NCBI GenBank assembly: GCA_965237805.1
Contig: OZ250153.1
Coordinates: 800,001-864,000, forward strand
Source: Gammaproteobacteria bacterium
Lineage (GTDB): Bacteria > Pseudomonadota > Gammaproteobacteria > JABABF01
Length of the DNA stretch: 64,000 nucleotides
Direction: 5' to 3'
Of this stretch, positions 8,623 to 18,122 are shown in pieces (within the stretch, counting starts at the first letter, position 1; the number at the start of each line of letters is the position of its first letter). Under the pieces are notes generated by a model. That model had not been told where the DNA came from, did no database searches, and saw only the letters and a list, made by a program, of their open reading frames with translations. A program made the translations under genes and the position numbers.

Positions 8623-10350
8623 ATGCGTCCCCTGATCCCTCTATTAGCCAGCGGTTTGCTGTGTGCCTGCGCGACCCACGGCGAGCTGTCCGCCTTTCCA
8701 AAGAACTCGCTCCACCAATTGCTGGCTGGCGAATTCGCTAGGGCGCGAGGCGAGCACGAACAGGCCATGGAGCGCTATTTGCAACAGGCACAGCAGACGG
8801 GCGATGCCGAAATCGCACGACAGGCAGCACAATTGGCTTACAGCCTCGGACATGATGACGAAGCGCAAAGCGCCTTGCGTATCTGGCTTGCGGCCGCGAC
8901 AACAGCGGGGGAAGACAGCCCCGCTCAGGCGCATATGATGCTGGGGCAGCTGCTACTCGCACGCGGTGAGGCGCAGGCAGGGCAGCAACAACTGGAGCAG
9001 GCGCTGGCGGCTGGGGCACACCCCAATTTCGCACAGCTGGCACGACAGCTGCGCATCGGCTCAACCCACGGACGCCGAGCGACAGCTCAGGCGCTCTCCC
9101 AGCTGGTGCTGCCCGACGACAGCCAAGAGCTGCTCGAAGCCTCGCGCCGACATGGACTCGCCTTGATGCTGGAGGCCGACGGCCAGCTCGAAGCTGCGCT
9201 GACACAATTTGATCGGGCACGCGCAGTCTATGCTAGAGATGCGGGTTCAAGGCTGCAAGACGGCTGGTGGCTACGGGACGAAGCGCGACTATTGACACGC
9301 CTTGAGCGCGGCACAGAACAGCTGCGCCGCCAGCGGCAGCTGGTGGCGGCGAATCCCGAACTGCCCAATCTGCGCTGGCGGCTGATCGGGCAATTGCGGC
9401 ACAGGCACCAGCTGCAAGCCGCCCTAGCAGAGCTGCGGGACTGGCTGCGGCAACATCCTCTGGATCCCGTATTGCTGTTGCAGGCCAGTTTGCTGTGTCT
9501 GCAATTGGGTCAGCTCGATACAGCTGGCGAATACTTGGGTCAATTGCACGAGATCGCAGGCTATCGTACCGTGGCATTGCGTTATTTAGCACAGCTGAGC
9601 GCGGGTCGAGGCGACACCGAGGAGGCGGCGGCGCAACGCCGCCAAGCTGCGGCTGCAGCTGTGCCCATGCCCGGCCTGCGACAGCTTGTGCCATTGCTGG
9701 AGCGGGACGAGGACATCGCCGAATATCGGGCACTGGCGCAGCAGCTGCGGGCGGCGCGACCGGAGTTGGCAGTGCGTTTATATGCCCAAGAAGCACAGCT
9801 GCTCAACCACAAGGGGCGCTGGCGACAAAGCGCCGCTCTGCTCGACAACGCGGTGACGCAATTCCCGCAAAACAGTCATTTTGCCTATATGCGCGCGCTG
9901 GCCGTCATCGAGGGCGGCGAGGCGATAGACGGCATCGCGCAGCTGCGCACTTTGCTGGCGCAGTCACCGGAAAACACTTCTCTACAAAATGCCCTCGGCT
10001 ACTCGCTTGCCGACGAGGGGCTTGCACTCGAAGAGGCGCTGAGATTGATCCAGAGTGCACTGCGGCAACAGCCCGTAGAAGCCGCATTCATCGACAGCTT
10101 GGGTTGGACGCTGTACCGCCTCGGTCGTATGGATGAGGCACAACGCCACTTGGAGCGCGCCTTGCGGCTGTCGCTACATCAGTGGCAGGATGATGCCGAG
10201 ATCACCGCCCACCTCGGCGAGCTGCTGTGGGTGCAGGGGCGTCGCGAAGACGCGCTCGAATTGTGGCAACGCGCGCTGGCGCTGGCACCGGAGCATCAGT
10301 TGTTGCGGCGCACCATGGAACGTTTGCACGGCGCGGTCGGCGACTCCTGA
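8623..10350 (+). CDS. TPR-repeat lipoprotein (conserved hemA-lolB neighbour)
   Basis: Lipobox-like LCAC, LLAGEFA..RG, NALGYSLAD, DSLGW.LYRLG, AHLGELLW; synteny. Confidence 0.85.
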   Translation: MRPLIPLLASGLLCACATHGELSAFPKNSLHQLLAGEFARARGEHEQAMERYLQQAQQTGDAEIARQAAQLAYSLGHDDEAQSALRIWLAAATTAGEDSPAQAHMMLGQLLLARGEAQAGQQQLEQALAAGAHPNFAQLARQLRIGSTHGRRATAQALSQLVLPDDSQELLEASRRHGLALMLEADGQLEAALTQFDRARAVYARDAGSRLQDGWWLRDEARLLTRLERGTEQLRRQRQLVAANPELPNLRWRLIGQLRHRHQLQAALAELRDWLRQHPLDPVLLLQASLLCLQLGQLDTAGEYLGQLHEIAGYRTVALRYLAQLSAGRGDTEEAAAQRRQAAAAAVPMPGLRQLVPLLERDEDIAEYRALAQQLRAARPELAVRLYAQEAQLLNHKGRWRQSAALLDNAVTQFPQNSHFAYMRALAVIEGGEAIDGIAQLRTLLAQSPENTSLQNALGYSLADEGLALEEALRLIQSALRQQPVEAAFIDSLGWTLYRLGRMDEAQRHLERALRLSLHQWQDDAEITAHLGELLWVQGRREDALELWQRALALAPEHQLLRRTMERLHGAVGDS

Positions 10351-10354
10351 ACTG

Positions 10355-11029
10355 ATGGTGGCTCAACGAAGCGGCGAGAGCCAGCTGATCGTGATGCGGA
10401 GTTGCCTGCGCTCGGACGATGGGCTGCGGCACTGGAGGGTTCTCGGTAGCCTTGCCCTGCTGTCGGTGTTGGCGGGCTGCCTGAGTACAGCGTCGCTAGA
10501 CCTTGGGGATCCCAGAGTGACCCAATCTCTGGCCTCAGCTCCGGCATCGTGGCAGTTGCGCGGACGGGTGGTGCTGCACGGTGAAGATGGCCGCCGCCTC
10601 GGCAGCTCGCTACTCTGGCACCAACAAGGGGAACGATACACCGTGACTCTCGCCCACACCTTGGGCGCTGTCCTGCGGCTCGAATGGGACGGTGACCAAG
10701 CCTGCCTGCGACGTGGCGCAGCAACACCGCAATGCGTCTCCGACCCGCAGCGACTGGCGCAGCTGCTCACCGGCGGCACCGCATTGCCGATGGCGCAGCT
10801 GCGCTATTGGCTACTGGGACGCGCCGCGCCCGGCGACGAGCTGTTGCGCACGCGCGGCGGGCAGCCACTGGAGCTGGCACGAGGGCCGTGGCAGCTGTAT
10901 TTCGGCCCCCGTCTACGGCGCGGTGGGGCACGCTCCTTGCCGCGCGAACTCAAACTGTGGCACACCAAACGGCTGGTGCTGCAATTCCGACCGCGGCTGT
11001 GGGTAGCCGCTGGGAGAGTGGCACCGTGA
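10355..11029 (+). CDS. lolB: Outer-membrane lipoprotein insertase LolB
   Basis: Lipobox LAGC, WQLRGR, W.QQ, LP..L.YWLLG; lies between the TPR gene and ispE. Start uncertain. Confidence 0.75.
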   Translation: MVAQRSGESQLIVMRSCLRSDDGLRHWRVLGSLALLSVLAGCLSTASLDLGDPRVTQSLASAPASWQLRGRVVLHGEDGRRLGSSLLWHQQGERYTVTLAHTLGAVLRLEWDGDQACLRRGAATPQCVSDPQRLAQLLTGGTALPMAQLRYWLLGRAAPGDELLRTRGGQPLELARGPWQLYFGPRLRRGGARSLPRELKLWHTKRLVLQFRPRLWVAAGRVAP

Positions 11030-11865
11030 CGGGTGCGCCGAAGCGGGTCATGCGGCTCAGAGCGCTGGCCAAAATCAATCTCTTCCTGCATATCAACGGA
11101 CGTCGCGGAGATGGGCGGCACCAGCTGCAGACGGCATTCCAATTTCTCGACCGTGGCGACAACGTCACCGTGCGCCTGCGTGGCGACCGCCGCATCCATA
11201 GCCGGGGCGAGCCGCCGGGTGCCCTCGCACTGCGTGCAGCACGGCTGTTGCAAGCGGCCACTGGCGGCACGCAGGGTGCCGAGATCGAGATCGTCAAACG
11301 ACTGCCGATAGGTGGCGGTTTGGGCGGAGGCAGCTCCGATGCGGCAGCAGTACTGATCGCGCTGAACCTGCTGTGGAAGACACAGCTCGGTCCAGCTGCC
11401 ATCGCTCGGCTCGGTGCCCGGCTCGGTGCCGATGTGCCATTATTTGTCTACGGTCGGGCGGCTTGGGGCGAAGGAGTGGGTGATCTGCTGTGGCCGATGG
11501 ACTTCGAGGAGCGGCGCTGGCTGGTGGCAGTGCCACCCCGTGGAGTGGCCACCGCAGCGGTCTTCGCCCACCCACAACTGCGCCGCGACACGCCGCCGCT
11601 CCAAATCGATGCGGCAGTGGCAGAGCGCGCCCACAACGACTGCGAGACGGCGGTGGCAGCGTTGCGCGGCGACATCATCGCCACTTTGTCCAGCCTGCGT
11701 CTGAAAGCCCCGACCGCACGGCTGAGCGGTAGCGGCGGCTGCCTGATCGCCCCGGTGGACGGCACAGTAAACACACGCAGCTTGGCTCGAACATTGCCGA
11801 CGGATTGGAGTTGGTTCAGCGCCAATTCGCGCAACCGTGCTGCATGGCCACGCAGCGCACTCTAA
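11026..11865 (+). CDS. ispE: 4-diphosphocytidyl-2-C-methyl-D-erythritol kinase
   Basis: AKINLFLHI.GRR.DG.H.LQT, P.GGGLGGGSSDAA, LGADVP; GTG overlaps the lolB stop. Confidence 0.93.
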   Translation: MTGAPKRVMRLRALAKINLFLHINGRRGDGRHQLQTAFQFLDRGDNVTVRLRGDRRIHSRGEPPGALALRAARLLQAATGGTQGAEIEIVKRLPIGGGLGGGSSDAAAVLIALNLLWKTQLGPAAIARLGARLGADVPLFVYGRAAWGEGVGDLLWPMDFEERRWLVAVPPRGVATAAVFAHPQLRRDTPPLQIDAAVAERAHNDCETAVAALRGDIIATLSSLRLKAPTARLSGSGGCLIAPVDGTVNTRSLARTLPTDWSWFSANSRNRAAWPRSAL

Positions 11866-11937
11866 GCGCAAAAGCGCACCATATCTGGCACCTCTTTAGC
11901 GCACCGCCTTTTTGCCGAGATAGTCGCGCAAGTCCCG

Positions 11938-12689
11938 CTACTCTTGCTGGTAGCCCAGCAATTTGATGTCTTCATAGTAGCGCGCCATCAGACGCAACAA
12001 TTCTGGCGTGTAATAGTCACGATCATCGTAATCCACGCTCAGGTTGACCAGCTCCAAGGGCTGTAGCTGATATTTTTCCTGGATCGGCGCAAAATCTTCA
12101 GCCAGCCGCTCGTGCTTGCCAATAGAGTCGACCACCGACCGGTAACCACAATGTGTGCAAAAAGACTGCGGCACGAAATAGGGATCGTACTTCGTAAACG
12201 GGAGGTTGACAACGGTTCGGACGACGTCTGCAAAATTCATCTTCACATGCCAAGGCGCAAGGGTGTGATCACTGTGGAACATAAAGTGCTGGTCGGCTTT
12301 TTCGAGCATTGCAAACTGCTGCACATAGAACAATACAAAGCGCTGAAAGTGGTTTCTGACAAAAGTGGATTTAAAATAGGACTGTTGCTTTGGGGAGAGA
12401 GCCTCTCGACTGGGAATATTCTGGTGTAGCCGCCACATATCCAGCAGCAGTTGCTCTTTGTCTAGCCCGAGATCCTCCGCCAGTACCAGCTTGATCGCCT
12501 ATCTGGCGACCTTGGGCATCGCCAGCATAGGCATATTGCGAACGATCGGAAACGACCCAAGATCGCCACTTTTTCTTCCCGGCGGGGGTGGCTATCGGCA
12601 AGCTCACTCAACCAATAGAAATTCCCCCTCCACGGCTTGGGCAACAGGCGGTGCCCAAAGCGCAGGGCATTAAAAAGCGCGGCATGCAT
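11938..12689 (-). pseudogene. Sulfotransferase family 2-like pseudogene
   Basis: Reconstructs as WVVSDRSQYAY/LAMPKVAR*AIK..TFVRNHFQRF..VPQ..IGKHERLAEDF..YYTPEL..LLGY. In-frame TAG at 12499-12501 and a frameshift near 12527; more AT-rich than the flanks. 5' end approximate. Confidence 0.7.
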
Positions 12690-12876
12690 GACAGAAAAAC
12701 ACTCGGCGATTCCCTCTTGTTGCCGCCCCACCGCAATAGAGCACAACGAACGCTCCCAAGGGAACGCTCCAAGGGCAGTTGAAACCGCCTTACAACCAGT
12801 ATTGGTCAAGGCTCAATAGCGCAACCACCTACCGAACCGATGACAGCTATCGTCGTGGCGGTCGGACAGCGCCAAA

Positions 12877-12905
12877 TTGACAGCTGGCGGTACGCCGGTA
12901 AAAAT
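12877..12905 (+). promoter_or_regulatory. Putative sigma70 promoter for tRNA-Gln-prs
   Basis: Perfect TTGACA at 12877-12882, then TAAAAAT 16-17 bp downstream, about 35 bp before the tRNA. Confidence 0.55.
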
Positions 12906-12940
12906 GTACGGTGCAATCCCGAGCGGACGGCGCACAGCGA

Positions 12941-13012
12941 TGGGGCGTGGCCAAGTGGTAAGGCACCGGGTTTTGATCCCGGGGATCGTAGGTTCGAATC
13001 CTACCGCCCCAG
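12941..13012 (+). tRNA. tRNA-Gln(UUG)
   Basis: Acceptor TGGGGCG/CGCCCCA, D arm GCCAAGTGGTAAGGC, anticodon arm CCGGG-TTTTGAT-CCCGG, T loop GGTTCGAATCC; ispE-tRNA-Gln-prs synteny. Confidence 0.96.
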
Positions 13013-13178
13013 CCGCCCCGACAATTCCGAGCCAGCGCCCGGGCAGTAGCGCACTCGCAGCCACCAATTATCTTGGCGATGGGGATCATCATCCACCAGC
13101 CAAACCGACTACAATAGCCGCCCGGCCACCCACTGCCACTCCTGATTTGGCACTCGGCGCGCCCCTTAAGAAAACACT

Positions 13179-14126
13179 ATGAACGGCAATCTCCAGTTAT
13201 TTACTGGCCGCGCCCATCCGGAATTAGGGCAAAAAGTTGCCCAAATGCTCGGGGTGCGGCTCGGCGCAGCCTCCGTCACCACCTTTAGGGACGGCGAGAT
13301 TGCCATCGAGCTGGAGGAAAATGTGCGCGGCAAGGATGTGTTCTTGATCCAGCCAACCTGCGCACCGCCAAACCACAACCTGATGGAGCTGTTGCTGATG
13401 GCCGATGCGATGCACCGCGCCTCGGCTACCCGCGTCACCGCCGTGGTACCCTACTTCGGCTACGCTCGCCAAGATCGGCGCGTCTACTCGGCTCGGGTGC
13501 CGATCAGCGCCAAGGTGGTGGCCGACATGATCGAAGGCGTGCACATCGACCGGGTGTTGACCGTGGATCTGCATGCCGAGCCAATCCAAGGCTTCTTCGG
13601 AATTCCGGTGGACAACATCTTCGGCTCGCCAGTGCTGATCGATCACCTGCGCTCTTTAGATCTGGGGCAGAAGCCAGTGCTGGTCTCGCCCGATATCGGC
13701 GGCGTGGTGCGCGCCCGTGCTTTCGCCAAAACGCTCGATGCCGAACTCGCTATCATCGACAAGCGCCGACCGCGCCCCAACGAGGTGGGGGCCATGCGCG
13801 TCATCGGCGATGTCGACGGGCGCAGCTGCGTCATCGCCGATGACATCGTCGACACCGGTGGCACCCTCTGCCAAGCGGCCAAGGTTCTCAAACAAAGCGG
13901 TGCGCAACGGGTGATCGCCTGTTGCACCCATCCGGTGCTGTCCGGTGATGCCGTACAGCTCATTGAGGAGTCGGATCTTGATCAGTTGGTCGTGACGAAC
14001 ACCATCCCGCTACAGGAAGATGCCACCAAATGCGAACGCATCCAGCTGTTGGACATTGCCAACCTGCTGGCTGAGTCGATCCGCCGCATCAGCAACGAGG
14101 AATCCCTCAGCATCCTGTTCCGCTGA
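13179..14126 (+). CDS. prs: Ribose-phosphate pyrophosphokinase
   Basis: [35 protein letters not shown]. Confidence 0.97.
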   Translation: MNGNLQLFTGRAHPELGQKVAQMLGVRLGAASVTTFRDGEIAIELEENVRGKDVFLIQPTCAPPNHNLMELLLMADAMHRASATRVTAVVPYFGYARQDRRVYSARVPISAKVVADMIEGVHIDRVLTVDLHAEPIQGFFGIPVDNIFGSPVLIDHLRSLDLGQKPVLVSPDIGGVVRARAFAKTLDAELAIIDKRRPRPNEVGAMRVIGDVDGRSCVIADDIVDTGGTLCQAAKVLKQSGAQRVIACCTHPVLSGDAVQLIEESDLDQLVVTNTIPLQEDATKCERIQLLDIANLLAESIRRISNEESLSILFR

Positions 14127-14207
14127 GCTGGCACAGGCCACCGGGGCCACTGCGAGCCGAACATCCCCCAACCTATTCAATCTCGACCATAACAGAGCGA
14201 CCACACC

Positions 14208-14927
14208 ATGTCCGATCAGATCGCCCTAGATGCCCAACCACGCACGGGTCGTGGCAAGAGCGCCGCACGCGCACTGCGCAAAAAATACGACATGGTGCCG
14301 GCCATCGTCTACAGCGGCAACAGCGAGCCGACCGCCGTCCAGCTCGCGCACAAGGACATAAGCCGCGCTTTGGAGCGGGAGAGCATCTATTCCCAAGTAT
14401 TGACGTTGCGCACTGCGGGCCAACCGGAGCAAGTGGTGCTCAAACAGGTGCACCGCCACCCGGCCAAAGCCCGCATCCTACATGTGGACTTCATGCGCAT
14501 CAGCGCCGGTCAGCGTGTCAGCCTGCATGTGCCAGTGCACTTCCTCAACGAGGAGCGTTGCATCGGCGTTAAAGAGCAGGGCGGCCTGCTGACTCATACA
14601 TCAACCAGTGTGGAGCTGCGCGGCCTGCCCGAAGCCTTACCCGAGTACATCGAGGTAGATGTGGCGGCACTCGGCATCGGCGACACCATCCATATCTCCG
14701 ATTTGACGCTGTCCGAAGGCGTGGAGAGTGTCGCCTTGACGCAGGGAACCGAACACGACTCGGCCATCGTCAATGTGATCTCACCACGCGGTGGCATCCA
14801 AGAAGAGGCAGAAGAGGCAGCGGAAGCGGCGGCGGAAGCGGCAGAAGCGGCGGTAGGCGATGGCGATGACGATGACGATGACGAGACCGAAAGCGCCGAC
14901 ACCGAGGAAGAGGCCACCGACAGCTGA
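14208..14927 (+). CDS. rplY: 50S ribosomal protein L25/Ctc (long form, acidic tail)
   Basis: GKSAARALR..VPAIVY, HVDF, LPEYIEVDV; prs-rplY-pth order. Confidence 0.95.
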   Translation: MSDQIALDAQPRTGRGKSAARALRKKYDMVPAIVYSGNSEPTAVQLAHKDISRALERESIYSQVLTLRTAGQPEQVVLKQVHRHPAKARILHVDFMRISAGQRVSLHVPVHFLNEERCIGVKEQGGLLTHTSTSVELRGLPEALPEYIEVDVAALGIGDTIHISDLTLSEGVESVALTQGTEHDSAIVNVISPRGGIQEEAEEAAEAAAEAAEAAVGDGDDDDDDETESADTEEEATDS

Positions 14928-14989
14928 GCCCGTCGCCCGTACGCCGCAAGGCTCGGGGTGCCGGACAGCCACTTGCCCCGCCCCCATCC

Positions 14990-15634
14990 ATGCGACTACT
15001 CGTCGGTCTCGGCAACCCCGGCGCAGCCTATCAGGGGACGCGTCACAATCTCGGTGCGGCATTCGTCGCGGCGCTGGCCGCACGACACCAAGTGGTGTTG
15101 CGCCCTCAGCGGCGCTTCAAAGGCCAGTGCGGTCGGCTACAGCTCGGCGAGAACGAATTACTACTGTTCATCCCCAGCACTTTCATGAATGAGAGTGGGC
15201 GGGCGGTGGTGCCGCTGTTGCGCTATCACCGCATACCCATAACGCAGATGCTGGTGGTGCATGACGAGTTGGATTTGCCTCCCGGAGCCGCTCGCCTCAA
15301 GCGCGGTGGCGGTGCCGCCGGACACAACGGCCTGCGGGATTTGATCGCATCGCTGGGCGGGCACACCGACTTTGCACGGCTACGCATCGGCATCGGGCAC
15401 CCCAGACACAGCGCAGCGGTCACGCGCTATGTACTGGGGCGCTCCACGAGTGATGATCGGGAGCGCTGCGCGGCGGCTCTAGACGCAGCAGCTAAGGCGC
15501 TCCCCGTGTTGTTGCAGGATGGCTGGGAACGTGCCGCCACCCAGCTGCACACCGCCACCCGCACGACACCCGTCAAAGATGATGGTGACGGCGACAGCAA
15601 GCCGGACGACGCCCCAAGCAAGGGCGCGGGATGA
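14990..15634 (+). CDS. pth: Peptidyl-tRNA hydrolase
   Basis: VGLGNPG..Y..TRHN.G, FMNESG, HDELD, GHNGL, RLRIGIGHP. Confidence 0.97.
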   Translation: MRLLVGLGNPGAAYQGTRHNLGAAFVAALAARHQVVLRPQRRFKGQCGRLQLGENELLLFIPSTFMNESGRAVVPLLRYHRIPITQMLVVHDELDLPPGAARLKRGGGAAGHNGLRDLIASLGGHTDFARLRIGIGHPRHSAAVTRYVLGRSTSDDRERCAAALDAAAKALPVLLQDGWERAATQLHTATRTTPVKDDGDGDSKPDDAPSKGAG

Positions 15635-15638
15635 GTGC

Positions 15639-16733
15639 ATGAGCTTCCGCTGTGGCATCGTCGGCCTGCCGAATGTCGGCAAATCGACGCTGTTTAACGC
15701 CCTGACCCGTCTCGGCGCAGCAGCGGAAAACTTCCCTTTCTGCACCATCGACCCCAACATTGGCATAGCACCAGTGCCCGACCCGCGCCTCCAGCAGCTG
15801 GCGGCCATCGTCGAACCGCAAAAAGTGGTGCCCAATCATGTCGAATTTGTCGATGTCGCCGGGCTGGTGGCAGGTGCCAGTAAAGGCGACGGCCTCGGCA
15901 ACCAATTCTTGGGGCAGCTGCGGGAAACCGATGCGCTGGTGCATGTGGTGCGCTGCTTCGAAGACGACAACATCAGCCATGTCACCGAGCGCATCGAGCC
16001 GCTGGCCGATGCCGACACCATCAACACAGAGTTGATGCTGGCCGACATGGACAGTGTCGAGCGGCAGCTGGAACGCGCCCGGCGCGGTGCCAAGGGCTGT
16101 GATGCCGGGGCGGCAACCGCTGCGGTATTGCTGGAGCGCTTCTGGGATTTGCTCGCTACTGGCAAGGCGGCACGCTCACTGGAATTGGAGCCCACGCAAC
16201 GAGTGCTGGCCAACAGCTTTGGGCTGCTGAGCGCCAAGCCGATGCTCTATGTGGCCAATGTAAACGAGGACTCGACCGAGAATAGTATGGGCAGTGCCAC
16301 TGCTGCGCTGGCCGAGAGGGCGCGGCGAGAGGGTGCCAAAATGCTCTCGCTGTGCGTCCAGCTGGAGGCCGAGCTGAGTGAGTTGGAAGAAAATGAGGCA
16401 GCGGAGATGCTCGCCGGACTGGGGCTGGAGGAGCCGGGGCTGAACCGCTTGGTGTGCGCTGGCCACCAGCTGCTAAGACTCAACACTTTCTTTACCGTCG
16501 GGCCGCAGGAACTGCGAGCTTGGACCCTGCCCCAAGGTATGGCGGCAGCGGCGGCGGGCGGTCGCATCCACAGCGACTTCGAGCAACGCTTCATCCGTGC
16601 CGAGGTCATCGCCTACGAGGATTTCGTCAGCTGCGGCGGCGAACAGGGGGCACGCGAAGCTGGCAAATGGCGGCTGGAGGGGCGCGACTATGTGGTGTGC
16701 GATGGCGATGTCATGCACTTCCGACACGGCTGA
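15639..16733 (+). CDS. ychF: Redox-regulated ATPase YchF
   Basis: GIVGLPNVGKSTLFNALT, NFPFCTIDPN, GASKGDGLGNQFL. Confidence 0.97.
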   Translation: MSFRCGIVGLPNVGKSTLFNALTRLGAAAENFPFCTIDPNIGIAPVPDPRLQQLAAIVEPQKVVPNHVEFVDVAGLVAGASKGDGLGNQFLGQLRETDALVHVVRCFEDDNISHVTERIEPLADADTINTELMLADMDSVERQLERARRGAKGCDAGAATAAVLLERFWDLLATGKAARSLELEPTQRVLANSFGLLSAKPMLYVANVNEDSTENSMGSATAALAERARREGAKMLSLCVQLEAELSELEENEAAEMLAGLGLEEPGLNRLVCAGHQLLRLNTFFTVGPQELRAWTLPQGMAAAAAGGRIHSDFEQRFIRAEVIAYEDFVSCGGEQGAREAGKWRLEGRDYVVCDGDVMHFRHG

Positions 16734-16913
16734 GGCCCCACGGCGAGCGATCGCACACCTAGAGCATAACAACAGCGGCAACGGCCTCAGCGACGCACGG
16801 CATGCGCCCATGCCACGCTGTATCTGCCGTTCATGGTGGCGGCACCCCAACTCGTGCGGCATGACACCTCAGTCTGTGTGTTGCTTGAGTCAATCAAGCG
16901 GCTGGCCACCGCA

Positions 16914-18074
16914 CTATTCCAGTGCCGAGACCCCCTCCCCCAGCACCCGTTCTATCGCAGCTTGATAGATACCCACCAGCGCCTCTAAGTCGGCTACCGC
17001 CACGCATTCGTCCACCTGGTGGATGGTGGCGTTGATGGGACCGAACTCCACCACTTCGGCACCGGCTGGCGCGAAGAAGCGACCGTCCGATGTGCCGCCG
17101 TCAGTCACCGCTTGGGGCTCCTCGCCGAGCCGTTCGCGCACCGCCTCGCGCACCGCCGCCTGCAGTTCGCCCGGCGGGCAGAAGAAGGGTTTGCCCCCTT
17201 GGTGCCAATCCAGCTGGTAGTCGCAGCCATGTCTCTCAAGCACTGCCACCACCTCCGCTCGCAGCCAGTCTTCCTCGCTACACGGGTTGTAGCGGAAATT
17301 GAAGCGCGCCCATAACTCCCCCGGGATCACATTGTCAGCACCAGTGCCAGCGCGTATATTCGACAGCTGGAAGCTGGTGGGCGGAAAACCACCGCCCCCC
17401 TTATCCCAGCACCGCGCAGCCAACTCCCCGAGTACCGGCAGGGCGCGGTGGATCGGGTTGTCTGCCAGCTGGTGGTAGGCGATGTGTCCCTGCACACCGC
17501 GCAGCCGCAGCTGCCCACTCAGCGAGCCACGGCGCCCGTTCTTCAGCGTATCGCCGAAGCGCTCCGTGCAGCTGGGCTCGCCGATCAAGCTCCAGCGGAT
17601 ATGCTCGCCGCGCACCGCCAAGGCCTCGACGACACGCGCCGTGCCGTCCACCGCCTCGGCCTCCTCATCGCTGGTGATCAGCAGCGCCAGCCGTCCACAG
17701 TGCCGGGGGTGGGCGGCAACAAAGGCCTCAACCGCCAATACCAATGCTGCCAGCGCCCCTTTCATATCGGCAGCGCCGCGACCGTGCAGATAACCAGCCT
17801 CATCGAGCTCGGCAGCAAACGGTGGGTAGTGCCACGCCTCCTCGGGGCCAGTCGGCACCACATCGCTGTGCCCTGCCAAGCACAGGATCGGCCCCTCCCC
17901 ACCATGCACCGCCCACAGATTACTGACCGCGCCGAAGGGCATGGTCTCGACAGTGAAGCCTGCGGCTTCTAGGCGCTGTGCCAACAGCGCTTGGCAGCCG
18001 CCATCCTCAGGCGTCACCGAGGGTCGGCGGATCAGCTCCCGCGCCAGCACCAGCACAGCGGATTCAGCCACCAT
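16914..18074 (-). CDS. dapE: Succinyl-diaminopimelate desuccinylase
   Basis: AGHSDVVP, GRGAADMKG, SDEE, GRRGSL, GGTSDGRF, IHQVDE. Confidence 0.96.
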   Translation of the reverse strand: MVAESAVLVLARELIRRPSVTPEDGGCQALLAQRLEAAGFTVETMPFGAVSNLWAVHGGEGPILCLAGHSDVVPTGPEEAWHYPPFAAELDEAGYLHGRGAADMKGALAALVLAVEAFVAAHPRHCGRLALLITSDEEAEAVDGTARVVEALAVRGEHIRWSLIGEPSCTERFGDTLKNGRRGSLSGQLRLRGVQGHIAYHQLADNPIHRALPVLGELAARCWDKGGGGFPPTSFQLSNIRAGTGADNVIPGELWARFNFRYNPCSEEDWLRAEVVAVLERHGCDYQLDWHQGGKPFFCPPGELQAAVREAVRERLGEEPQAVTDGGTSDGRFFAPAGAEVVEFGPINATIHQVDECVAVADLEALVGIYQAAIERVLGEGVSALE

Positions 18075-18122
18075 ATCGCCAGCTCTTCCCTACACCGATC
18101 ACTGACTACCAAACCGTGCCAC

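Noticed and set aside
12941-13012. tRNA-Gln as an integration site for a mobile element
   Set aside because: No integrase and no duplicated tRNA 3' end were seen; the foreign-looking DNA lies upstream of the tRNA.
14795-14920. Short tandem GCG/GAA/GAT repeats at the end of rplY
   Set aside because: They encode the low-complexity acidic tail common in long L25/Ctc proteins.
2655-16902. Shared 12-mer CCGCTTGATTGA in two convergent intergenic gaps (about 2655 plus, about 16890 minus), one within a small hairpin
   Set aside because: Two copies of a 12-mer are expected by chance in 64 kb; no further copies were noticed.
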